From positions 3,872,001 to 3,936,000 of the forward strand of contig CBDCJO010000002.1 of assembly GCA_965217865.1 (NCBI GenBank): 64,000 bases of DNA, written 5' to 3'. The translations under genes and the position numbers were made by a program. This stretch comes from Candidatus Latescibacterota bacterium (GTDB taxonomy: Bacteria > Latescibacterota > UBA2968 > SICM01). Shown piece after piece: positions 17,821-27,965 of the stretch; positions within the stretch are counted from its first letter, which is position 1; every line of letters begins with the position of its first letter. The notes beneath the pieces were generated by a model. It ran no database searches. It was not told the origin of the DNA and saw only the letters and a program-made list of their open reading frames with translations.

Positions 17821-19008
17821 TTGGTCAAAAAGATCGTGATGCCGAAATATGGTCTTCAGCAGGATGAAGGGAAGGTTGTGCGGTGGCTGAAAAACGAGGG
17901 AGAAAAAGTTGAGAAAGGCGAAGGCCTTGTGGAGGTCGAGACCGACAAGGCGGTGTTCGAATACGAATCCCCCGAAGCGGGGGTCCTCCGTAAGATCCTC
18001 GTGACTGAAGGATCGGTGGTGCCGGTTCTCTCCGTCATCGCGGTTGTCACCGACAGTCCGGACGAACCTGTCGACGTGGAGGTTCAAGCCCCCGTCGCTT
18101 CAGAAAAACCCGGAGCGATCTCCGGGCCCTCACCGCCTGCTCCGGTCCAAACCAGTCCCGCGGGGCGGGTGAAGAGCTCTCCCGCGGCAAAGAAACTGGC
18201 GAAGGACCTGGGAGTCGATTTGATGACGGTCGAGGGAACGGGACCGGGGGGCAGGATCACGCGTGAAGACGTGGAACAGGCTGCGGCAAAGGGGTCCCTT
18301 CCGGCTGGGGCCTCCCCCGGACCGTCTGAGAGTCGGACGCCGCTCTCCCGGATGCGACAGGCCATTGGACAGGCCATGTCTGAGAGCAAGGGGACGATCC
18401 CGCATTTCTATGTCTCCGTTGAAGTGGACATGACCGACCTTGAGGCCTGGCGCAAAAAGGCCGCTGAGGCCCAGGGGATTCAACTATCGGTGACCGATCT
18501 GCTGATTAAAGCGGCCGCGGAGGCGCTGAAGGGATTTCCATCGCTCAATGCGAGCCTCGATGGAGATTCCATGGTCATCCACGAAGCCGTTCACGTCGGA
18601 CTCGCCGTGGGCACGGAGGAGGGACTGTTGGTTCCGGTGATCCCAAACGTCCAGGCAAAATCCATGAACGATCTGGCGAAGGAGCGGGCAGATGTGGTGG
18701 AGGCGGCAAGGTCCGGCAAGCTCAAAGGTTCCGATCGTGCGACGTTCACGATATCAAACCTGGGCATGTTCGGCGTCAAGTCATTCATCGCTATTGTAAA
18801 TCCACCGGAGTCCGCAGCCCTTGCCGTAGGCGCGATCCGCTCGGAGGTAAAACCCTTCGGGGATCAGGAATCCTTCGCAGTAAGGCGGGTGATGGAGATC
18901 ACGCTGTCCGCGGATCATCGCCTGGCAGACGGTGTTCTCGCCGCAGGCTACCTCCGTGAGCTGAAAAAGCATCTTGAAAGCGTCCAAACTCTGGAGGGTT
19001 GGCTGTAA
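17821..19008 (+). CDS. Dihydrolipoamide acyltransferase E2 (AcoC/PdhC type)
   Basis: Lipoyl VETDKA, E3-binding GTGPGGRITREDV, catalytic DHRLADG. Confidence 0.95.
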   Translation: MVKKIVMPKYGLQQDEGKVVRWLKNEGEKVEKGEGLVEVETDKAVFEYESPEAGVLRKILVTEGSVVPVLSVIAVVTDSPDEPVDVEVQAPVASEKPGAISGPSPPAPVQTSPAGRVKSSPAAKKLAKDLGVDLMTVEGTGPGGRITREDVEQAAAKGSLPAGASPGPSESRTPLSRMRQAIGQAMSESKGTIPHFYVSVEVDMTDLEAWRKKAAEAQGIQLSVTDLLIKAAAEALKGFPSLNASLDGDSMVIHEAVHVGLAVGTEEGLLVPVIPNVQAKSMNDLAKERADVVEAARSGKLKGSDRATFTISNLGMFGVKSFIAIVNPPESAALAVGAIRSEVKPFGDQESFAVRRVMEITLSADHRLADGVLAAGYLRELKKHLESVQTLEGWL

Positions 19009-19015
19009 TAAAGCC

Positions 19016-19158
19016 GTCGATCGTGGATCGTGACTCGGAAAAGCCGGTGTTCGTGATTCGTGGATCGGAAAGCCCAAAAAACCTTTGACAATTCATTCAA
19101 ATAATTCGCATCGATCATTAACGAATCACGAATCACGAATCACGAATCACGAATCACG
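19016..19158. repeat. Inverted heptamer arrays: degenerate TCGTGAT units and (ACGAATC)5
   Basis: Five exact ACGAATC copies at 19121-19155; TTCGTGATTCGTG (19050-19062) is their exact reverse complement. Confidence 0.85.
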
Positions 19159-19174
19159 TTTTGACGGAGGTCCT

Positions 19175-20134
19175 ATGAATCACGACCGCCAGTTGTTGTT
19201 GGATATGTACCGGGGCATGCTCCGCATTAGAAGATTTGAAGAGCAGATCTGGAACGTCTTTACAACCGGTCTGATGCACGGATTGGCGCATCTCTACATC
19301 GGGGAGGAGGCAGTGGCCGTCGGGATCTGTTCCGCCCTTCGGGAGGAGGACTATATTACCAGTACGCATCGGGGGCACGGCCATTGTGTGGCCAAGGGCG
19401 GGCAGTTGGACCGGATGATGGCCGAGGTGATGGGCAAAGTCACCGGCTACTGCAGGGGTAAGGGCGGCTCGATGCATATCGCGGATATGTCCTTGGGCAT
19501 TCTTGGAGCGAACGGTATCGTGGGAGGGGGATTCGGGATCGCCACCGGTGCTGCCCTTTCTGCGAAACTCCGGAAGACCGACCAGGTTGCGGCCTGCTTT
19601 TTCGGAGACGGGGCTGCGAACCAGGGCATTTTTTTCGAAGTGATGAACCATGCCGCAATTTGGAATCTTCCTGTAATCTATGTCTGTGAGAACAATCAAT
19701 ATGGGGAGTACACCGCGACGGAGAATGTCACGGCGGGAAAATGCATTGCGGATCGGGCGACCCCTTTCGGGGTTCCGGGTCGGGTGGTGGACGGTTGTGA
19801 TGTGATGGCTGTCTATGAGGCGATGACCGAGTTTGTGGCCTTGGCGCGGGCGGGGGAGGGGCCTGCCCTTATCGAGTGTCAGACCTATCGTCATCGGGGC
19901 CATCACGTGGGTGACCCGGGGGACGCTTACCGTTCAAAGGAGGAGATCGAGGAGTGGATGGGAAAGGACCCGATTGAACGGTTGAAGAAGAAGCTTCTGG
20001 ATGAGGGGACGAAGGAGGCGGAGTTGGTCTCCATCGACGAGGGGGTGCAAAAGGCCGTCCTGGATGCGGTCGAATCCGCCAAGGCAGCACCGTACCCGGA
20101 TGTGAAGGAGGTCACCGAGCATGTCTACGCCTGA
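19175..20134 (+). CDS. TPP-dependent dehydrogenase E1 alpha (AcoA/PdhA type)
   Basis: HLYIGEEA, STHRGHGH, GKGGSMH, FFGDGAANQG..ENN. ATG 19175 follows GGAGG; the upstream ORF extension is the repeat. Confidence 0.95.
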   Translation: MNHDRQLLLDMYRGMLRIRRFEEQIWNVFTTGLMHGLAHLYIGEEAVAVGICSALREEDYITSTHRGHGHCVAKGGQLDRMMAEVMGKVTGYCRGKGGSMHIADMSLGILGANGIVGGGFGIATGAALSAKLRKTDQVAACFFGDGAANQGIFFEVMNHAAIWNLPVIYVCENNQYGEYTATENVTAGKCIADRATPFGVPGRVVDGCDVMAVYEAMTEFVALARAGEGPALIECQTYRHRGHHVGDPGDAYRSKEEIEEWMGKDPIERLKKKLLDEGTKEAELVSIDEGVQKAVLDAVESAKAAPYPDVKEVTEHVYA

Positions 20135-21107
20135 GAGGGAGATGACCTTTGGGCAGGCCGTGAATGAGGCCATCGCCGAAGAGATGCGCCGGGACGAGAC
20201 CGTTCTGCTGATCGGAGAAGACGTGGGCGCCGCAGGCGGGGTGTTCAAGATCCTGGTCGGTCTCTACAAGGAGTTCGGGCGTGAACGGGTCATCGATACC
20301 CCGATTGCAGAGGCGGGGTTCGTCGGGCTGGGGGTCGGTGCGGCCCTGACCGGGATGCGACCGATCGTGGAGATTATGTTCGGGGACTTCATGGCCTTGG
20401 CGATGGACCAGATCGTCAATCAGGCGGCCAAGATCCGCTACATGTCGGGTGGACAGGCGAAGGTCCCGCTTACGATTCGGGCGACTCTGGGTGCGGGCAG
20501 GTCCTCGGCTGCACAGCATTCGCAAAGCCTTCACGCCTGGACATCGCATATTCCGGGGCTCAAAGTTGCAATCCCATCCACTCCGGCAGACGCCAAGGGA
20601 CTGCTCAAAACGGCCGTGAGAGACGACAATCCCGTTATCGTGTATGAGGACAAGATGATGTACGCCCTGAAGGGGACGGTCCCCGAGGGGGATGAAACGA
20701 TTCCGTTCGGAAAGGCCGACGTGAAACGGGCTGGGAGCGACGTCACCATCATCGCGACCTCGAGCATGGTACACGTTGCCTTGAACGCAGCCGGGACCCT
20801 TGAGGGCCAGGGGATCAGCGCGGAGGTTGTGGATCCGCGCACGATGGTTCCGCTCGATAAGGAGACGCTTGTCGCATCCGTGGCCAAAACCGGTCGGGCC
20901 CTCATCATCGACGAGGGCTATCAGCGTTTCGGGGTCACTGGCGAACTTGCCTCTGTTGTGTATGAAGGGGCCTTCGATTATCTGGAGGCACCCGTCGTTC
21001 GCATCGGCGCGATGGACGTCCCGGTCCCGTTCACCAAACCCCTTGAGGACGAGACGATTCCGGCCGAAAACGATGTGGTGGCGGCCGTGGCCGGGATGAT
21101 GAATTGA
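20121..21107 (+). CDS. TPP-dependent dehydrogenase E1 beta (AcoB/PdhB type)
   Basis: GEDVG, DTPIAEAG, DQIVNQAAK, AAQHSQ. Confidence 0.95.
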   Translation: MSTPEREMTFGQAVNEAIAEEMRRDETVLLIGEDVGAAGGVFKILVGLYKEFGRERVIDTPIAEAGFVGLGVGAALTGMRPIVEIMFGDFMALAMDQIVNQAAKIRYMSGGQAKVPLTIRATLGAGRSSAAQHSQSLHAWTSHIPGLKVAIPSTPADAKGLLKTAVRDDNPVIVYEDKMMYALKGTVPEGDETIPFGKADVKRAGSDVTIIATSSMVHVALNAAGTLEGQGISAEVVDPRTMVPLDKETLVASVAKTGRALIIDEGYQRFGVTGELASVVYEGAFDYLEAPVVRIGAMDVPVPFTKPLEDETIPAENDVVAAVAGMMN

Positions 21108-21133
21108 GGGTTGAGTAATGATGTCGACAGTCG

Positions 21134-21166
21134 AAGGCGGCCCATCTAAACGGTGGGCCGCCTTTT
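21134..21166 (+). terminator. Rho-independent terminator
   Basis: AAGGCGGCCCATC-taaac-GGTGGGCCGCCTTTT. Confidence 0.85.
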
Positions 21167-21233
21167 ATAATGTGTTATACAGGTCGGCGATGATGAAGAC
21201 TTCAGGCACCGGTCCTGAGCCGGGGGAAATCCC

Positions 21234-22070
21234 ATGCCTTTTCTGATCCTCAGCGTGTTTTTCACGGTCCTGTTTTTTCACACAATCCGCCGGGCCCAGA
21301 CCAGGGGATGCGATATGATGGTCGCGGGTGTGGTGAACTACGCCCTGGCCTCCCTGATCTGTGGGCTCGTCTCGGCCGCAGGCGGAAATCGAGAGATCCA
21401 CGCGGTGACACTCATTCTTGGCACCCTTCAGGGTATCGGTTTCATCGTGAGCTATATCTTGCTTTGCACGTCGTATGAACGGAGTGGACTGGCGATTTCA
21501 ACGACAATCACGCGACTTTCAATGATGATTCCGATCCTTGCATCGGTGTTCTGGTGGGGGGAGAGGCCCAGCCTCGCCCAGGTCATCGGGATCGGTGCTT
21601 CCCTTGGGGCCCTCCCCCTTTTGAGCGCCGGGAGCCCCTTCCGACCATCCGGGACGAAGGGATTTCGGTTCACCGTGCTTCTTTTTCTGTCTGTCGGCGG
21701 ATGCCATCTTGTAGCCAAAACCTTTGTGATGCAGCAAGTTCCGGATGCAACGACAACTTATATGGCTGCGCTTTTCGGGGTGGCTGCCATCGGGGGCGGT
21801 TTAAGCCTCCCTTTCCGCCCCTTTCAGCCAACCCGTCGGGATGTGAAGGAAGGCATCTTCATCGGCGTGGCCAATGTCCTGGCGACCCTCTTTACGCTGA
21901 TTGCACTGGACATGGTGCCAGGCGTGATCGCCTTTCCGGTGATTTCCTGTGGGGGTGTTTTGGCGATGACCCTTTTCGCCATGGTCGTCTGGAAAGAGCG
22001 CCTGACACCCAGGAGCCGTCTGGGCATTGGGGTGGCCATGATCGGGATCACCCTGTTAAATTTCAAGTAG
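21234..22070 (+). CDS. DMT/EamA-family transporter
   Basis: About 10 TM helices in two repeats (WWGERP.., VWKERL..). Confidence 0.85.
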   Translation: MPFLILSVFFTVLFFHTIRRAQTRGCDMMVAGVVNYALASLICGLVSAAGGNREIHAVTLILGTLQGIGFIVSYILLCTSYERSGLAISTTITRLSMMIPILASVFWWGERPSLAQVIGIGASLGALPLLSAGSPFRPSGTKGFRFTVLLFLSVGGCHLVAKTFVMQQVPDATTTYMAALFGVAAIGGGLSLPFRPFQPTRRDVKEGIFIGVANVLATLFTLIALDMVPGVIAFPVISCGGVLAMTLFAMVVWKERLTPRSRLGIGVAMIGITLLNFK

Positions 22071-22278
22071 ACGAGGACATCATCTTTTCGCTTGCCAACA
22101 TCTATGGTATGGCCTACTTTATGGAAGGGGTAAAGATCCCGTGTGAAAACGAAATAAATGTCATATATATCACTATATTATAATAAGTTATGACCTTTGT
22201 GTCGAGCGAGGGTTTTGCCCGCGGGGAACGCATTCAGATCCGGCCATATGGTCGATAGACGCTGATCCTGGAGGGGTA

Positions 22279-23409
22279 ATGGCTGAGCCTTATCGGGCGG
22301 TCATCATCGGTTGCGGATCCATCGGAGGACGACACGCAAACGGTTATCGGGCTGCGGGAGAGGTCGCCCTTGTCGCAGCGTGCGATCCAAACGGGCGTTC
22401 CCTCGATGCCTTTTTGAAAGAGTACGAGATCCCCTCCGGTTATGCCGACTTTCGGGAGATGCTGGATAAAGAGCGACCGGATCTCGTGGACATCTGCACG
22501 TGGCACCTTTTGCACGCCCCGCAGACCGTCGCAGCAGCGGAATATGAGCCGAAGGGGATCCTGTGCGAAAAGCCGATGGCCGTGGATTTGGATTCCGCGG
22601 ATGGGATGATCGATGCGTGCGCCAGTCGGGGGGTTAAACTCGCGATCAGTCACCAGCGACGGTTCTACAGTTCCTGGACAAAAGCCCGGGAGCTGGTCGC
22701 CGAAGGGGCTGTGGGAAGGCCTCAGATGGTCACGGCCCGGGCGGGGGAAGGCCTGCTGAATTGCGGTACGCACGAGTTGGACGCGATCAGGTATCTGCTC
22801 GGGGATCCGGAGGCGGAGTGGGTCATGGGAGCGGTTGAACGCAAGACCGATCGCCACGAAAGGGACGTAAAGATCGAAGACCGGTGCATGGGGCTCATCG
22901 CGTTTGAGGGGGGTGTGCAGGCGCTCATCCAGTCAGACCTGACCCAGGATTGGTCCGTGGAGGACTACCGCATCCTTGGGACAGAGGGTATGATGGATGT
23001 CTCAAGTAAGGAGATCGCGATGCTTAATGGCGAATCGGGGGGGTGGAATACCGTAGAACCTGAAGTCCTTGACCCCTGGGCTGCCCAAGCCAGGGAGATG
23101 GTCGGGTGGATCGAAGGCCGTAGCGGCCACCGGGGGGAGGGGGCACAGGCTCGACGAACCACGGAGTTGCTGATGGGGATCTACCAGTCGGCACGGAATC
23201 ACGAGGTGGTCCGCATACCGATCACAGAGAAAGGTTACCCCCTGGACATGATGGTGGCGGAGGGAAAGCTCCCCCTGGAAGAACCGGGAAGGTATGATAT
23301 CCGGGGTTTCCTGCGGTTTGAACCGGAAGAGAAGGCGCATTACACAAGGCTGCGTCATCAGGGAATGTCCCATCGCGATGTTTTGAAGTCAATGGGGAAG
23401 GGGGGCTGA
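22279..23409 (+). CDS. Gfo/Idh/MocA oxidoreductase
   Basis: IIGCGSIG, ILCEKPMA, GLLNCGTHELD. Confidence 0.93.
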   Translation: MAEPYRAVIIGCGSIGGRHANGYRAAGEVALVAACDPNGRSLDAFLKEYEIPSGYADFREMLDKERPDLVDICTWHLLHAPQTVAAAEYEPKGILCEKPMAVDLDSADGMIDACASRGVKLAISHQRRFYSSWTKARELVAEGAVGRPQMVTARAGEGLLNCGTHELDAIRYLLGDPEAEWVMGAVERKTDRHERDVKIEDRCMGLIAFEGGVQALIQSDLTQDWSVEDYRILGTEGMMDVSSKEIAMLNGESGGWNTVEPEVLDPWAAQAREMVGWIEGRSGHRGEGAQARRTTELLMGIYQSARNHEVVRIPITEKGYPLDMMVAEGKLPLEEPGRYDIRGFLRFEPEEKAHYTRLRHQGMSHRDVLKSMGKGG

Positions 23410-23468
23410 GAGGCGATGAAAAAAGCTGGTAGAGGGATTTCAATCGGAACGCAGGGAGGAGGGTTTGC

Positions 23469-24122
23469 ATGAAATTTTTCATCGATACCGCCAGTGTACG
23501 GGATATCGAAGAAGCCAATGCGATGGGTATCCTGGACGGGGTGACGACGAATCCCACGCACATGTCCAAGGAGGAAGGGACGTTTGAAGACATCCTGCTT
23601 CGCATCTGCGATATCGTAGATGGACCGGTGAGCGCAGAGGTCGTCAGCCTGAAATCGGAGGAGATCCTTTCGGAGGCCAGGAGGATCGCCAAGATCCACC
23701 CGAAGATTGTCGTCAAGATCCCGATTACGCTCGATGGCTTGAAGGCCCTCAAAGCCGCCTCGGGCGAGGGGATTCGGGTGAATGTCACCCTTTGCTTTTC
23801 ACCGACGCAGGCCCTGCTGGCGGCCAAGGCCGGGGCGACTTATATCAGTCCGTTTATCGGCCGACTGGATGACATCGCACAAGAGGGGATGGCGCTCATC
23901 CGGACGATCAGGCAGATCTACGACAACTACGGGTTCGACACCCAGATCCTTGCCGCGAGCATTCGAAGCCCCCAGCACGTGGTCCAAGCCGCACTTTCGG
24001 GAGCGGATGTGGCCACACTCCCGGCCGCGGTGATCAAACAACTCTTGGTCCATCCTTTGACGGACATCGGGCTTAAACGGTTCCTCGACGATTGGAATTC
24101 CTGGGAACAGAAGAAGGGATAG
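23469..24122 (+). CDS. tal: Transaldolase (fructose-6-phosphate aldolase/TalC-like family)
   Basis: [23 protein letters not shown] (Schiff-base Lys), [14 protein letters not shown]. Confidence 0.93.
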   Translation: MKFFIDTASVRDIEEANAMGILDGVTTNPTHMSKEEGTFEDILLRICDIVDGPVSAEVVSLKSEEILSEARRIAKIHPKIVVKIPITLDGLKALKAASGEGIRVNVTLCFSPTQALLAAKAGATYISPFIGRLDDIAQEGMALIRTIRQIYDNYGFDTQILAASIRSPQHVVQAALSGADVATLPAAVIKQLLVHPLTDIGLKRFLDDWNSWEQKKG

Positions 24123-24198
24123 TCACGAAGGCGTCTCCGTGAAGCCTTTCCCGTTCACACGATCCGGAGAATTCGCGGAATCCTGTTTGGAGATTTCA

Positions 24199-24431
24199 AT
24201 GGCGGTCGGACGTTTTTGGGGATGGGTCGTCTGGTATCTTCTGACGACCGTTTCGTTGTGCACGATGGTCATCGGGGCCCAATCGTGGGGATGACCCAGT
24301 ATCCGAAGAGCATCGACATGTTCGTCGGCATCGCCATGCTTGGAATAGGGGGATTCTTAACGACCCGGTGCATTGTGGGGATCGTCCAGTGGATCCTCCA
24401 GGGAATGCGCCGGGGCAAACGGGTGGGCTGA
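24199..24431 (+). pseudogene. Small two-TM membrane protein split by a frameshift near 24278
   Basis: SD GGAG + ATG 24199 gives MAVGRFWGWVVWYLLTTVSLCTMVIGA; hydrophobic coding continues in another frame as IVGMTQYPKSIDMFVGIAMLGIGG.. Confidence 0.45.
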
Positions 24432-24551
24432 AAAAAAGGCTTGCTTTCCAAGGGATTTTATATCAGATTGTAAGAATGAGTTAAAAAACAAGGTTATCCT
24501 TTTTTATGCCTATTTTTAGCCGCTCCAGGGGACCGATTTTACCCCTATGAA

Positions 24552-25235
24552 TTGGAGGTTGTTTTGCCGGTTCACAGATATCTGACACTGACGATTTGCT
24601 GCCTGTCGACCCTTATTTTTTATCCCCTCCCCGTTTTCAGCCAGAAGGCTGAGGAGCACTACAACGAGGGCACCAACCTCTTGAACAAGGGAAAGATCAG
24701 TGGGGCGATTTCGGAGTTAAAAAAGGCGATCGAAATGAAGCCGGATCTGGCCCCTGCCCACTTCAACCTCGGTAAGGCCTACGAGAGGAACAGGTCCGTG
24801 AAGTCCGCAACGGCTTCGTATAAACGGGCGATCAAGTACAAGGCGGATGAGCCCAAATACCACATGAGCCTGGGTCGCATCTACAAGAAGCGGAAGATGA
24901 TCGGAAAGGCGATCGCCTCCTACAGGAAGGCTGCCAAACTCGACCCGAAAAACGGACAGATCCACTTTCGCCTCGGGAACGCTTACCTTGAACGGGAGGC
25001 ATTGGACAAAGCCGTGGAGAGCTATAACAGGGCCCTCAAGCTGAAGTACAGGAAACGGGCAAGGGTGTATCTCAATCTGGGGATCGCCCATCAGAAACAG
25101 GAGAACAACCCGGAGGCCGTCAAGGCCTACGAGGCTTATCTCAAGGCGTCTCCGAAGGCGTCCAACTCGAAACAGATCCGGGAGATCATCGAAGGGATCC
25201 ACAAACAGATCGAGTACGACGAAGGACGAAAATGA
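24552..25235 (+). CDS. Exported TPR protein
   Basis: Signal-peptide-like N-terminus and about five TPRs; start may be TTG 24564 after GGAGG. Confidence 0.88.
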   Translation: MEVVLPVHRYLTLTICCLSTLIFYPLPVFSQKAEEHYNEGTNLLNKGKISGAISELKKAIEMKPDLAPAHFNLGKAYERNRSVKSATASYKRAIKYKADEPKYHMSLGRIYKKRKMIGKAIASYRKAAKLDPKNGQIHFRLGNAYLEREALDKAVESYNRALKLKYRKRARVYLNLGIAHQKQENNPEAVKAYEAYLKASPKASNSKQIREIIEGIHKQIEYDEGRK

Positions 25236-25277
25236 TCGGTCTTCTTCTGCGCGTCGATCTTTAAGGGAGTATACCCC

Positions 25278-27806
25278 GTGGGCAGGCACCATCGGTTCCG
25301 AACCGTCATCATTTTGGTTTCCCTGGTAGCGACTGCGTTTTCCCTCTATCCGACCCTCCGTTTTTACGGATTGATGGGGAGCCCCGACCTTTCCTATCGA
25401 GAGCAGGCCATCAAGCTCGGCCTGGACCTCCTGGGCGGCATGCATCTTGTCCTGGAGGTCGACACCTCCAAATTGACCCCCGATGAGGCCAAGGATGCGG
25501 GATTCCGCGCGCACGAAGTTATCGGAAATCGGATCGACCAGTTCGGGGTGGCGGAGCCTGTAATCCAGATGCAGGGGGACAGGCGGATCATCGTCGAGCT
25601 TCCCGGAGTCAAGGACGTTGACCGGGCGTTGAAACTGATCGGCCAGACGGCCATTTTGGAGTTTCGCCTCGTAAAAGAGCAGGAGGCTTTTCGTTCGGTG
25701 GTGGGGCGAATCGACGAGAAGCTTTCAGGGCGTCAGGAAAAATCCGAGAGCGATCTGACCGCCGTTGAGGATGAAGCCCGACCATTAACCTCCCTCCTGA
25801 CTGCGTATGGCAACGATATCGTGGTTCCCGCGGAAAATATCGACCGTGTTAAAGAAATATTTTCCGATCCGGAAATCCAGGACCTGTTGACCGAAGATGA
25901 CGGCGAGATTTTATGGGCTATGCACGCGGAGGAGGTTCAGGACGAGCGGATTAGCGGGATCTTCTATGTCAAAAAGCGGCCCGAGATGACAGGGGATGTC
26001 CTGGAGGATGCCAGAGCGCAACGGGGTCAGTCGTTCACGAATGCGAATCAGCCTCTGGTGGCTTTCCAGACAACGAGCGAAGGAACGCGGATCTTCGGAA
26101 GGGTCACCGGGGCCAATGTGGGGCGTCGAATGGCCATTGTCCTTGACGGGAAGGTGGCGTCAGCTCCGACGATCCAAACCAAAATCGATCGAGGCACGGG
26201 CGAAATCACAGGGAGCCGGAATATGGAAGAGGCCCAGGACCTGTCGATTGTGCTGAGGGCCGGGGCCCTTCCCGCACCGATCAGCATCATCAGCAAACAG
26301 GTTGTGGGCCCCTCCCTGGGGGCGGACTCGATTAGGATGGGCACCCGTGCTTCATTGGCAGCCCTTTTGCTTGTTGGTATATTCATGGTCCTCTACTACC
26401 GCCTTAGCGGTTTAGTGGCGGATATCGCACTTTTTTTGAATATGGTCTTCATGTTGGCGGCCATGGCCTATTTTCAGGCCACCCTCACCCTGCCGGGGAT
26501 CGCGGGAGTCATCCTGACGATCGGGATGGCCGTGGACGCTAACATCCTGATTTTTGAACGCGTAAAGGAGGAACTAAGGGCGGGTAAGTCCGTGAAGGCG
26601 GCGATCGAGGTCGGCTACGAGAAGGCCTTTAAGACGATCCTCGATTCCAACGTGACGACACTGATCACCGCGCTCGCCCTGTATGAGTTCGGGACCGGAC
26701 CGATTCGTGGGTTCGCCGTAACCCTGGGTGTGGGCATTATCGCGAGCATGTTCACGGCGATCGTCGTGACACGCGCCATCTTCGATTTCTTCATCGATCG
26801 GGTGCGTCCGAAGCGGTTGAGCATTGGCATGATCGATCCGTTCAGGGGGGCCAACTACGGGTTTATCCGGATCCGGCGGCTCGCCTTCACGATCTCTGCA
26901 ATATTGCTCGCGGTGGGCTTGATGTCGATCGGCGTGCAAGGCGGACTGAAGAGCGGGATCGATTTCCGGGGGGGGACGCTCCTGGAGGCCTATTTCGACC
27001 CGGCGGTGCCCGTGGAAGAGGTTCGGGATGCGCTGAATTCCGTTCCGGTGCAGGGGGTGACGCTCGATTTAGGGGATAGTGAGATCAAGAGCGTCGAAAA
27101 TAACCCGAAGCATGTCCTGATCCGGGTCTCATCGATGGGGGGGGAGGAGGGGATTTCAGAAGCCGTCAAGTCCCACCTCCGGAATGTGTTTTCCGATCAT
27201 CTTGGCTCCGATTGGCTTCGCCAAGAGGTAAATGTTGGTCCCAAGATCGGGAAAGAGTTGATGTGGGATGCGATCAAGGCCGTTCTCTGGTCGATGCTCG
27301 GCATCCTGATCTACATTGCCATCCGGTTCGAGTTCAAGTTCGGCGTGGGCGCCCTGATCGCTCTTTTCCACGATATCCTGTTGACACTGGGTTTCCTTTC
27401 GGTTTTGGGGATTGAGATGTCGATGGGGATCGTGGCCGCCCTTCTGACGCTGCTCGGTTACTCGAATAACGATACAATTGTGGTATACGACCGCATCCGA
27501 GAGGGGCTTCGGGCTTTCCGGAGGGGACAGAAATACGAGGATGTCGTCAACAGAAGCATCAATCAAACCTTGAACCGAGGTGTTGTCACGCACCTGACCG
27601 TTCTGTTCGTGCTGTTTACCCTCTTCTTTTTCGGTGGAGAAGTCAACAAGCCCTTTTCTTTCGCGCTCTCCTTCGGTGTGATCGTGGGTATCTATTCCTC
27701 CGTCTACATCGCCTCTCCGGTCGTCGTGGAGTGGTATCTCAGGCGTACTCTCTCTGCGGAAAGAGAGCGGATCCCCAACAGGAAGGCCGTGGGGAGGCGG
27801 GCTTGA
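25278..27806 (+). CDS. secDF: Fused protein translocase subunit SecDF
   Basis: LGLDLLGG, VGPSLG, GMAVDANILIFER, GIDFRGG, GYSNNDTIVVYDRIRE. Confidence 0.97.
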   Translation: MGRHHRFRTVIILVSLVATAFSLYPTLRFYGLMGSPDLSYREQAIKLGLDLLGGMHLVLEVDTSKLTPDEAKDAGFRAHEVIGNRIDQFGVAEPVIQMQGDRRIIVELPGVKDVDRALKLIGQTAILEFRLVKEQEAFRSVVGRIDEKLSGRQEKSESDLTAVEDEARPLTSLLTAYGNDIVVPAENIDRVKEIFSDPEIQDLLTEDDGEILWAMHAEEVQDERISGIFYVKKRPEMTGDVLEDARAQRGQSFTNANQPLVAFQTTSEGTRIFGRVTGANVGRRMAIVLDGKVASAPTIQTKIDRGTGEITGSRNMEEAQDLSIVLRAGALPAPISIISKQVVGPSLGADSIRMGTRASLAALLLVGIFMVLYYRLSGLVADIALFLNMVFMLAAMAYFQATLTLPGIAGVILTIGMAVDANILIFERVKEELRAGKSVKAAIEVGYEKAFKTILDSNVTTLITALALYEFGTGPIRGFAVTLGVGIIASMFTAIVVTRAIFDFFIDRVRPKRLSIGMIDPFRGANYGFIRIRRLAFTISAILLAVGLMSIGVQGGLKSGIDFRGGTLLEAYFDPAVPVEEVRDALNSVPVQGVTLDLGDSEIKSVENNPKHVLIRVSSMGGEEGISEAVKSHLRNVFSDHLGSDWLRQEVNVGPKIGKELMWDAIKAVLWSMLGILIYIAIRFEFKFGVGALIALFHDILLTLGFLSVLGIEMSMGIVAALLTLLGYSNNDTIVVYDRIREGLRAFRRGQKYEDVVNRSINQTLNRGVVTHLTVLFVLFTLFFFGGEVNKPFSFALSFGVIVGIYSSVYIASPVVVEWYLRRTLSAERERIPNRKAVGRRA

Positions 27807-27965
27807 AATCAAAGCGAATCTATAAAAATAGCGAAAGATAGCCGGACCAGAGGTTATTATTAACCTACGGACAAGACGGGTGGCTTGACTCAGAATCGAC
27901 CGAGTCGGGCTTCTTCCTCCCCCTCTATGCCCGGTTTCAGTTTTTGAAAGGAGCGTGATGTAGCC

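Noticed and set aside
19121-19158. Repeat array as a possible CRISPR
   Set aside because: 7-bp tandem units with no spacers.
19085-19174. N-terminal extension of E1-alpha (HESRITN repeats) and TTGACA at 19085
   Set aside because: Extension is the translated repeat; SD supports ATG 19175; no -10 box at proper spacing.
22150-22195. AT-rich patches (also ~6880, ~24470, ~58540) as a repeat family
   Set aside because: No shared sequence beyond AT richness; possibly nucleoid-protein or UP sites but not supportable.
24292-24294. UGA selenocysteine read-through explaining split genes
   Set aside because: The breaks are frame changes, not in-frame UGA codons.
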